From: an uncultured Bacteroidales bacterium
GTDB taxonomy: Bacteria; Bacteroidota; Bacteroidia; Bacteroidales; VadinHA17
Length of the DNA stretch: 64,000 nucleotides
Direction of reading: 5' to 3'
Assembly (NCBI GenBank): GCA_963736675.1
Contig: CAVTPT010000001.1
Location: 101,671-165,670, forward strand
In this document: piece after piece, positions 56,631 to 64,000 of the stretch
Layout of the letters: the number at the start of each line of letters is the position of its first letter
How positions within the stretch are numbered: position 1 is the stretch's first letter
The notes under the pieces: generated by a model
Database searches by the model: none
What the model was told of the DNA's origin: nothing
What the model saw: the letters and a program-made list of their open reading frames with translations, nothing else
Made by a program: the position numbers and the translations under genes

Positions 56631-57824
56631 GTGAAAACTATACTGATTTTGATAAATAAAAACTTCATTGTGAAATACTATTTTATATTATTCTTTCTGG
56701 TTCAATTTTTTAACATTAATTCATTATTTTCTCAAATTAAAGTGAGAATTCAACTTGTTGAAAAAGAATCAAAGTTGACTATTCCTTTTGCATACATAAA
56801 GGTTCCGAGTAAAAATATTGTTTTGAATTCAGATCAGGATGGTTTCTTTTCTACCGAATTATCTAAGAATGACACAATTGAAATAACTCATGTTGCATAT
56901 AAGAGTCTAAGAATTGCATATTCGGATATAGGAAAAAATGCCACAATAGAATTAGATGAATTACCAGTACTACTTAATCCTATAATTATTAGTTCAAAAA
57001 ATGCGGAAATAACTGTTAAAAGAGCGATTGGGGCCACTTACGAATCAATGCAAACTCCAATGAATTTTTCCTGTTTTCGCAAAGATCAAATTACAATAAA
57101 CGATACTTTAGTGACTGAGGCGGATGCAGAAATAATTTATAAACTGAAGAAATTGAATTCTGCTAGTCACGGGGGAAATTTAAAGAGTTATTTAATAAAT
57201 GTTCATGTTTATAAGAATTCTTTGTTTAATAAATTAATGATCCCTAATTATTTTCTTGGGGCGATTTTTGCTCCAATAAACACATTTATTGCCGGGTTTT
57301 CAAAAAATGATGATCAATTATTAAATTTCAGTTATCAAGAAGGAAACGATTCTTTGATTATCGTAGGGGCGAAACCAAAAAAAAATATAAGACCAAAAAA
57401 TGGGGAATTAATAAAACAAGGCAATTTTGTAATAAATAAAAACACTGGAAAATTAATTCAAATTGTAACAAGTTTAAGTCCTGAGATGATGGAATGGGGA
57501 CGGAACAATTCTTCCAGAGAAAAAAATCCTAATCTTTTTTATTATCATTATACATTCTCTCAATATTTTGATCAGGAAGGATTTCCGTCAAGGGTGTCTT
57601 GCAGTATAAAGTTTTCCATTAAAGAAGATAATCCCAATAAAATATGGAGTAATAATTCAGAGCTAATTTTTACAAAATTGTCCCAGGACGATTTAATATT
57701 GGATAAATCCCATGAATTGAATAATGATTCTACCCTTGTCCAGATGAAATCCAGATTTGATCCTGATTTTGAAAAGAGGTTCACCAGATATATTCCTTCT
57801 ACCGGAACCGATAATAATCAATAA
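56631..57824 (+). CDS. Secreted protein with N-terminal CarboxypepD_reg-like domain
   Basis: Signal-like N-terminus, IPFAYIKV...NSDQDGFF...DTIEITHVAYK; very AT-rich; start uncertain (56631 or 56658). Confidence 0.7.
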   Translation: MKTILILINKNFIVKYYFILFFLVQFFNINSLFSQIKVRIQLVEKESKLTIPFAYIKVPSKNIVLNSDQDGFFSTELSKNDTIEITHVAYKSLRIAYSDIGKNATIELDELPVLLNPIIISSKNAEITVKRAIGATYESMQTPMNFSCFRKDQITINDTLVTEADAEIIYKLKKLNSASHGGNLKSYLINVHVYKNSLFNKLMIPNYFLGAIFAPINTFIAGFSKNDDQLLNFSYQEGNDSLIIVGAKPKKNIRPKNGELIKQGNFVINKNTGKLIQIVTSLSPEMMEWGRNNSSREKNPNLFYYHYTFSQYFDQEGFPSRVSCSIKFSIKEDNPNKIWSNNSELIFTKLSQDDLILDKSHELNNDSTLVQMKSRFDPDFEKRFTRYIPSTGTDNNQ

Positions 57825-58042
57825 TTTTAAAGACGGGGTAATCCCGGGGATATATATCCCGATGAAAGACCGGAACTTATTCCTGTAAATATTCCGTGCC
57901 AGCCAGTTACTGGCAGCCCCATCAAAAAAACTATTTCGCCCGCTACGGGGCTTGAATATCATTTGTATATAATATAGGACGGGCTTCGCCCATCCCTGTG
58001 GTATTTCAGGCCTACGGCCTTTAAATCAGAGTGAGAGTGAGT

Positions 58043-59160
58043 GTGAGGAAATCCATTGCACAGAAATAGTACAGCTCTATAAATTGGGTCTGTTTGTATG
58101 AATGCCTGAGCATCTGAATCTGAACGCTGTCAGTGCGGACTACTTTAAACAATCTGGTCACAATTGGATTTGAGCTCCGTAGGAGCGGCCTGTTTGTAGT
58201 AACGCCTGCCCCCTAACGGTTTTAAGCACCGTCAGCGCGGCCTGTAGTTAATTGAAGACAGGTAAATTCCTTTAAGGGTTTTGGATCAACAAGGGTTTCA
58301 TGTCTCCCAAAACAACAGAATCAAAAAACCAGTCCGCCCTGACGGGGCTCGATATTCTTTTCATGATTGATTTCTACAAACAGTCCGCCCCCACGGGGCT
58401 GAAGAAGGAGCGAGAGTGAGGAAATCCATTGCACAGAAATAGTACAGCTCTATAAATTGGATTTGTTTATAGAAATACCTGAGACCTCAGGATCTGAGCA
58501 CCGTCGGCGCGGCCTTCCTGTAACAATCTGGTCACCATTGGTTTTGAGCTCCGTAGGAGCGGCCTGTTTGTAGTAATGCCTGCCCCCTAACGGTTTTAAG
58601 CACCCTCAGCGCGGCCTGTAGTTAATTGAAGACAGGTAAATTCCTTTAAGGGTTTTGGATCAACAAGGGTTTCATGTCTCCCAAAACAACAGAATCAAAA
58701 AACCAGTCCGCCCTGACGGGGCTCGATATTCTTTTCATGATTGATTTCTACAAACAGTCCGCCCCCACGGGGCTGAAGAAGGAGCGAGAGTGAGTAAATC
58801 CATTGCACAGAAATAGTACAGCTCTATAAATTGGATTTGTTTGTAGAAATACCTGAGACCTCAGGATCTGAGCGCCGTAGGTGCGGCCTTCCTGTAACAA
58901 TCTGGTCACCATTGGTTTTGAGCTCCGTAGGAGCGGCCTGTTTGTAGTAACGCCTGCCTCCAACGGTTTTGAGCGCCGTCAGCGCGGCCTGTAGTTAATT
59001 GAAGACAGGTAATTTCCTTTAAGGGTTTTGGATCACCAAGGGTCTCATGTCTCCCGAAACAACAGAATCAATAACCAGTCCGCCCTGACGGGGCTCGATT
59101 TTCTTTTCATGATTGATTTCTACAAACAGTCCGCCCCCACGGGGCTGAAGAAAGAGTGAG
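58043..59160. repeat. Three tandem ~374-bp units built from REP-like hairpins in both orientations (BIME-like)
   Basis: aaatccattgcacag at 58049, 58422, 58796; agctccgtaggagcggcctgtttgtag (58173) inverted against ctacaaacagtccgcccccacggggct (58374). Confidence 0.9.
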
Positions 59161-59173
59161 AGTGAGAGCAGGT

Positions 59174-59220
59174 AAAAAGAGAGTCCCCGGATGTGGATTA
59201 CCAGCGAAAATCCGGGGACT
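59174..59220 (-). terminator. Intrinsic terminator, - strand, unit 1
   Basis: agtccccggat/atccggggact stem followed on the - strand by ctcttttt. Confidence 0.7.
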
Positions 59221-59543
59221 CGAACCGTTCATATGATGCCTGAACGGTCATCAAGCACAGTGAAACGCAGCGAAAGTGCCTGAAAAATCAGGAGAAGGCA
59301 TTATCAATCGGAACTAATTTTCTGCTCTGCTTTATAAATGGGAAATCATATTAAGCATTTTTTTCAGAATCATATTCATTAACCTGTTCACATTGTACTA
59401 CAATTTTAAAAAGACCCGGGGACACAAAAATGAGCAAAGCATATGTTCTACAGCATATTATTGATAATTTATATCTGTTACATAGGATTTTCAGATCGTG
59501 CTATATATTTAATCTTGTAGAAAAAGTGAGTGTGAGGACAGGT

Positions 59544-59589
59544 AAAAAAAGAGTCCCCGGATATTGATCAGCAACAATAATCCGGGGAC
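59544..59589 (-). terminator. Intrinsic terminator, - strand, unit 2
   Basis: gtccccggat/atccggggac stem followed on the - strand by tcttttttt. Confidence 0.72.
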
Positions 59590-59780
59590 ATGGTTTTGAA
59601 AACCAACCGTTCATATGATGCCTGAACGGTCATCAAGCACGGTGAAATGCAGCGAAAGTGCCTGAAAGTCAGGAGGAGGCATTGTCAATAGGAGCTAATC
59701 TTCTGCTCTGCTGTATAAGTGGAGGTTCATATTAAACATTTTTTTCAGAATCATATTCATTAACCTGTTCACATTGTACT
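59544..59780 (-). ncRNA. Candidate ~230-nt structured small RNA (second copy ~59174-59400)
   Basis: No conserved ORF above 21 aa, conserved hairpins, own terminator, duplicated. Confidence 0.3.
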
Positions 59781-59838
59781 ACAATTTTAAAAAGACCCGG
59801 GGACACAAAAATGGACAAAGCGTATGATCTACAACATA

Positions 59839-60048
59839 TTATTGATAATTTTCGTCTGTTACATAGCTTTTTCTGATCGGACAGTATCTTATCTCATTGC
59901 CCGATTTCCGGAGTTCAGAAATAATCCGTTTGACACTTCTTTCACTAATTTCAAGTCTTGTCGCAAGCTCTGCAGGAGTCCCGGTGCACTTTAGGGAAAC
60001 AAGCCTGCTTATCCTGACTTTCAGATTATGACTATTGTTCCTGGCCAT
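59839..60048 (-). CDS. Small winged-HTH protein, paralog of 55990-56331
   Basis: TGTPAELATRLEISERSVKRIISELRKSGNEIRY..RKSY. Confidence 0.8.
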   Translation of the reverse strand: MARNNSHNLKVRISRLVSLKCTGTPAELATRLEISERSVKRIISELRKSGNEIRYCPIRKSYVTDENYQ

Positions 60049-60228
60049 AATATTCAGATTTAATTACCATTAAATCGAGGCAGACAGTATAAAATTAAAC
60101 CTTATCTGAATAAAAGTCAAGAAATTTTAGGGATTTTTAGTAAATACTTTAGAGACAGATTCCTTAACAGGATTTCTGATCAACTTTTTTCCGGTTCAGG
60201 TAAGATATAAAAAGAAGTAACAAACATA

Positions 60229-62016
60229 TCACCTTTCAAACCTGCTGTTTTGCTTTGTATACATTGCGAAATAGAGCCCGCCTTTTTTCATCAGTTCCCC
60301 GTGGGTGCCCGATTCAATAATTTCACCCCTGTCAAGTACAATGATCTTATCGGCCAGCGAGACATTTGTAAAACGGTGACTAATCAGGATGGCTGTCCTG
60401 TCGCTGACTGTTTCCCTGAACCTGCTGAAGATCTCAAATTCGGTGTCTGCATCCAGAGCGCTCGACGGCTCATCGAGAATAAGTACAGGGGCATCCCTGA
60501 ATATGGCCCTCGCCAGGGCAATTTTCTGCCATTCCCCCCAGCTAAGCTCCCTGCTGTCGTCAAGAAGGGTCCCGATATTTGTATCGTAACCTTCAGGAAG
60601 TGAGCTGATCAGTTCATGAACCCCCGACTCCAGGGCTGCTTTCTTTATCTTAATTTCAGGATCAGCTGAATCAAGATCACCAATCCGGATATTTTCTCCT
60701 GCCCTGAGGTTGTACAGCATAAAGTCCTGGAAAACCACTGAAAAGAGTCTTCTGTACTTTTCAGGATCAATGTTCCTTATGTTATTACCATCGATTCTGA
60801 CCGACCCGGTAGCCGGATCATATAACCTTGTCAGAAGTCGTACAAGGGTACTTTTACCCCCGCCGTTAGGTCCTACAACAGCCAGTATCTCCCCTTTTTT
60901 GATCTCAAAGGATACATTGTTTATTGCCGGGGATTTATTACCCGGATATGTAAATGACAGATTCTCAACCTCTATATTTTTCATAAGGGTTGAAACTGAT
61001 ACAACAGGAGGTGCAGCTGTTATTTTTTCTTCAAGGCTGAGGAATTCAAATGTATCGCCAATGAAAAGACTATCCTCATAAAGCCCTGCCAGCGAGCCAA
61101 AAAGCTCTTTAATAAATATCATACCCTGACGGAATGCGAGAAGGAACATTGCCATCTCACCGAGAGTCAGACTGTTATTTATTGTTTTGTTTACGGTGAA
61201 CAGGATAAGGAAAAGCATTGCGGCAGCTTTCACAATATCCGAGACTATCTCAATAAGCATTCTCTTCCGGGCAATGTTGATTTCCTCTTCCTTAACACTA
61301 AGAAATGATTTCCGGAAGAGGCTGATGAAATACTCCCCAAGTCCGAATAATCTCAATTCCCGTGACGGTCTCTCCCCGGTTATCAGCCAGTTGAAATATG
61401 CCGACCTCCTTGATTCGGGGGTCTGTTCTCTCTGAAAAGTATAAAGAACATCGGCGTAATGTAGTCTGAGCCAGATCCCCGGGATATTCACAACAAACAG
61501 AAGCAGTGCCATGGTCCAGTGAAGAGAAACAAGAAGAAATGCCATCATGATCAGAGAAAGTAATGCCCGCATCATCAGAATAAGGTTATTCAGAATGCTG
61601 TTGGGCCGCCATGGAGCTTCCCTTGCAGCCCGGGTCAGCAAGTCGAAATATCCGGGATATTCGAAATTGATAAGGTCGAGTTTTACAGCCTTTGAATGAA
61701 GCAGATTGTACATGTGGATCTCCAGCTTCATCGATTGTTTCTTCTTGACATAATTGCCGAAATCGGAGACAGCTTCATCGATAAAATATAATATTACAAC
61801 AGCAGCAATGATCCCTATAATATCATTAATGGATTTATCTCCTGTGTCAGAAACCGTGAGTGTTATCTGATCGACAAGAATTTTTATAAGCAGGAGCAGA
61901 GCAAGGGGTGTGAAGCTGCGGATAACAGAGACCAGTGTGTTAACAAGCGCCCATCCGGGTGCACTCTGCCAGACAAGGACCAGTGATTCCCGGAACAACT
62001 TATACTTTTCTCTCAT
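60229..62016 (-). CDS. ABC exporter, fused permease/ATPase (RiPP-cassette type)
   Basis: Six TM segments, GPNGGGKST, LSWGEWQKIALAR, ILDEPSSALD, LISHR. Confidence 0.92.
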   Translation of the reverse strand: MREKYKLFRESLVLVWQSAPGWALVNTLVSVIRSFTPLALLLLIKILVDQITLTVSDTGDKSINDIIGIIAAVVILYFIDEAVSDFGNYVKKKQSMKLEIHMYNLLHSKAVKLDLINFEYPGYFDLLTRAAREAPWRPNSILNNLILMMRALLSLIMMAFLLVSLHWTMALLLFVVNIPGIWLRLHYADVLYTFQREQTPESRRSAYFNWLITGERPSRELRLFGLGEYFISLFRKSFLSVKEEEINIARKRMLIEIVSDIVKAAAMLFLILFTVNKTINNSLTLGEMAMFLLAFRQGMIFIKELFGSLAGLYEDSLFIGDTFEFLSLEEKITAAPPVVSVSTLMKNIEVENLSFTYPGNKSPAINNVSFEIKKGEILAVVGPNGGGKSTLVRLLTRLYDPATGSVRIDGNNIRNIDPEKYRRLFSVVFQDFMLYNLRAGENIRIGDLDSADPEIKIKKAALESGVHELISSLPEGYDTNIGTLLDDSRELSWGEWQKIALARAIFRDAPVLILDEPSSALDADTEFEIFSRFRETVSDRTAILISHRFTNVSLADKIIVLDRGEIIESGTHGELMKKGGLYFAMYTKQNSRFER

Positions 62017-62491
62017 CCGTATATAAGTTATTTTTAAAGATCATTTTTATCCTGTTAAATCTCAATACAAACCATACCAGCACCCTGTTTACCGGATACA
62101 GGGGATTATGGTCCGAAGTCAGGCTACGGGTCAGCAGAATTCCCCGGTTGTTTTGAATCTTTATGACTTTCCCGGCTATCTGATCTTCCGGAACCGGCTG
62201 GTCTTCATGCATGCAGCTGTCTCCTCTTGTTATGTAAAGTGTCCGTTCCCCCTCGTTAAGCTTCCGGACTATCCTGTGAACTACAAAGCCTGAATCCCTT
62301 TTCCATGCAATTATTTCACCGGCAACCGGCACATTTTCCTGGCTGAAAGGTTCAATATAGATAGTTGATCCCGGTTCTATGGCAGGGAACATACTGTAAC
62401 CACAGGCTTTTATCTTCAGGATTGTGCCTTCGGAAAGAAGGGTAAAACCGATATCTTTCAATGTAGTATGGATCGGCTTCTCCTTATTCAT
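62000..62491 (-). CDS. S24/S26 (signal-peptidase-like) peptidase
   Basis: GYSMFP (catalytic Ser), GEIIAW, VVHRIV, ITRGD; start likely MNKEK at 62491, overlapping the upstream stop. Confidence 0.8.
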   Translation of the reverse strand: MNKEKPIHTTLKDIGFTLLSEGTILKIKACGYSMFPAIEPGSTIYIEPFSQENVPVAGEIIAWKRDSGFVVHRIVRKLNEGERTLYITRGDSCMHEDQPVPEDQIAGKVIKIQNNRGILLTRSLTSDHNPLYPVNRVLVWFVLRFNRIKMIFKNNLYTDERKV

Positions 62492-63371
62492 TTTCGAGTA
62501 TGTAATCAATTACCCTGCGGGTGGGTGTGAACGAAAGCGAAGCGACCGGTATTACAGAACACATTATGGAGACTGAACCAAGGAAACGGGCAATCATTTC
62601 CGGATCCCAGTTATGTTGTATGCAGTTGGCAATCACATGACTGATGGCTGAGGCTCCTTTAACAGGGGTAATCCTGTTACATGTACCATGTTCCAGCAGA
62701 AAGATCCTGTCGAGCGGCGATTGTAAAGGTTCATCGTCCCTGTAGACAGGGGTGTTGAACATCCTGTAAGTCCCTCCGATGCTTCTTATAATAAGCCTGT
62801 CGTCATGAATAACCTTAGCTCCGGATTCATCCCAAAGTTTGGCCATTGTCGTTTTACCTTTCCCGGAAACACCGCTGAAAAGATAACCATGGCCCGAAAT
62901 ATTTATTCCTGAAGCATGGATCATAATATCACCGAGTATGGCTGTAAGATAATAAAGTATCAGACCATCCATCGGATATTCAAGAGGATCGACCGGGGCT
63001 TCATGGCTTTCAATCCAGAGGTCCCATTCACGGAGAAGCAATGAAAATTTAAGAGAAGCAGTTTTTTTCAGGGAGGTGTCAGGGAAGGAACAGGTGATAA
63101 ACATATCGGAACCACGCCTGTAAACACTCCAGAAATTTTCTCTTTTCTGGACCTTGATTCCCTTAAGTTCTACGATATAAGGAGCCACAAAAACTCTTTC
63201 CGCTTCTTCAGGAATACGGTATTCTCCGGTATGGACCCTGATCAGAACGTCGTAATCGCTCTGTCGAACAATATTCCTGAGAAACCTTTCGGCTGGTAAA
63301 AGATCGGGACCGCCGGCGGTTGCCTCCAGCCTGATATTATACCCGGCGATATTCAGATTATAATCCCTCAT
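62484..63371 (-). CDS. HPr-kinase-related P-loop protein (ScmC/lasso-kinase-like)
   Basis: MIHASGI..G.GYLFSGVSGKGKTT, VIHDDRLII, FNTP. Confidence 0.78.
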   Translation of the reverse strand: MRDYNLNIAGYNIRLEATAGGPDLLPAERFLRNIVRQSDYDVLIRVHTGEYRIPEEAERVFVAPYIVELKGIKVQKRENFWSVYRRGSDMFITCSFPDTSLKKTASLKFSLLLREWDLWIESHEAPVDPLEYPMDGLILYYLTAILGDIMIHASGINISGHGYLFSGVSGKGKTTMAKLWDESGAKVIHDDRLIIRSIGGTYRMFNTPVYRDDEPLQSPLDRIFLLEHGTCNRITPVKGASAISHVIANCIQHNWDPEMIARFLGSVSIMCSVIPVASLSFTPTRRVIDYILENE

Positions 63372-63460
63372 CCGGTTAGGTACATTTTCCGTTTTTCAAT
63401 ATCTGTCCGACAAAACCGAAGGAAATGAAATTCCTGCTGATCTGCCGGCTCTTTATACTG

Positions 63461-63748
63461 TTAGTATTTGATAACCAGATACTCATTCAGGTTGTTGACA
63501 AATGAGAAGACATCTTCCGATGCAGTTGGAATATCAACATTGTATTCTTCAGTAAGATATCTGATAATTTCCTCTAAATTCCGTTTACCATCAATATGCT
63601 CCCATATAAAAGCGCCTGTCTCGTTCAGTGTATACACACTATCCATATCGGCGATATTATCCCGTACCGGTACAAGGATGAACTCATTTCCGGTTTTTCT
63701 CGTCACTATTGAAGGAGACCGGGCAATAACTGATTTCAGATTAATCAT
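63461..63748 (-). CDS. PqqD-family peptide-binding chaperone (RiPP recognition element)
   Basis: 95 aa; VYTLNETGAFIWEHIDGKRNLEEII..L.EEYNV. Confidence 0.9.
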   Translation of the reverse strand: MINLKSVIARSPSIVTRKTGNEFILVPVRDNIADMDSVYTLNETGAFIWEHIDGKRNLEEIIRYLTEEYNVDIPTASEDVFSFVNNLNEYLVIKY

Positions 63749-64000
63749 TATTTGAAATCAATGTCCTTAAAGTTATGTTGTATCATATTTAATATTAACA
63801 CAATAAAGAAATATTATTTATTGCCGCAACTGATTCTGAAACAGGAGCTGCTTAAGATGCAATATACAATATTAGTGACAGAATCTCATTGACCTGGAAA
63901 GACAAAAATATGCGGATTTTATATGAGGGGAACCCGGGTTCTGACATTTCAGTTAAAATTTCAGGAATGGAGCGGGAATTTTGATTTTGCACTAATTGTA

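Larger units (their letters stand above)
59168..59895 (-). repeat. Two tandem ~380-bp units (HTH 3' end + conserved structured segment + terminator)
   Basis: aaccgttcatatgatgcctgaacgg at 59223 and 59605; ~75-nt identical block ending gacccggggacacaaaaatg. Confidence 0.88.

Noticed and set aside
58748-58963. 71-aa ORF in the repeat array
   Set aside because: Reads through REP-like repeats and is not listed as an equivalent ORF in the other units.
58043-59160. CRISPR array
   Set aside because: Units are ~374 bp near-identical copies with no unique spacers, and no cas genes are present.
59232-59282. 16-aa + strand ORF MMPERSSSTVK(R/C)SESA in both duplicated units
   Set aside because: Very short, lies in the hairpin core, and is opposite to the terminator direction.
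59190-59290. TGA read-through (Sec) extending the Y-x-x-P frame
   Set aside because: A 1-nt indel right after the TGA puts the two copies in different frames.
59255-59300. RNase P, riboswitch or hammerhead match (gaaagtgcc, ggtgaaatgc)
   Set aside because: Only short words match; the GAGGAAAGUCC and CUGAnGA cores are absent.
57825-60228. Transposase, integrase or integron cassette
   Set aside because: No DDE, HUH or tyrosine-recombinase ORF and no attC-like sites were recognised.
63461-63748. PQQ biosynthesis gene
   Set aside because: No pqqA/B/C/E-like genes nearby; the context fits a generic RRE.
60229-63748. Canonical lasso peptide cluster
   Set aside because: No asparagine-synthetase-like cyclase or transglutaminase-like B2 protease in the window.
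63790-64000. Precursor peptide upstream of the PqqD gene
   Set aside because: Only short frames without a leader motif; the region is cut by the window edge, so a gene further out cannot be excluded.

Overview
Bacteroidota window (probably Bacteroidales-like: UpxY, SprB-type repeats, T9SS C-terminal domain) with four blocks. (1) 28-34952: a large + strand Wzx/Wzy exopolysaccharide/capsule operon (upxY, wza, wzc, wzx, candidate wzy, glycosyltransferases, a PglF/PglE/PglD/PglC-like amino-sugar route, an ACP-KAS III-reductase acyl module, two ATP-grasp ligases, an embedded lipid-carrier/GT-C modification cassette), followed by a convergent Wzi/RemB-like outer-membrane gene. (2) 36964-52237: a giant (~5090 aa once one frameshift is repaired) T9SS type-B adhesin with internal DNA duplications. 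(3) 52638-57824: HlyD + peptidase-containing ABC transporter + small HTH protein + double-glycine Trp-rich peptide + CarboxypepD-like protein. (4) 60229-63748 (- strand): PqqD/RRE + HPr-kinase-like + S24/S26 peptidase + ABC exporter, then a second paralogous HTH. Blocks 3 and 4 converge on a 2-kb repeat zone (three ~374-bp REP-like units and two ~380-bp units that look like terminated small transcripts). Top leads: the HTH next to the peptide gene carries an internal double-glycine leader motif in register with the peptide's own leader; the RRE/kinase cassette has no visible precursor, and the slot after its HTH holds a duplicated structured element; an inverted ~73-bp repeat with a compensatory base change brackets the EPS locus; heptamer repeats sit in frame inside two proteins. 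Three genes are each broken by one extra base, which may be a sequencing artefact. All calls come from motif recognition only; no database searches were run.
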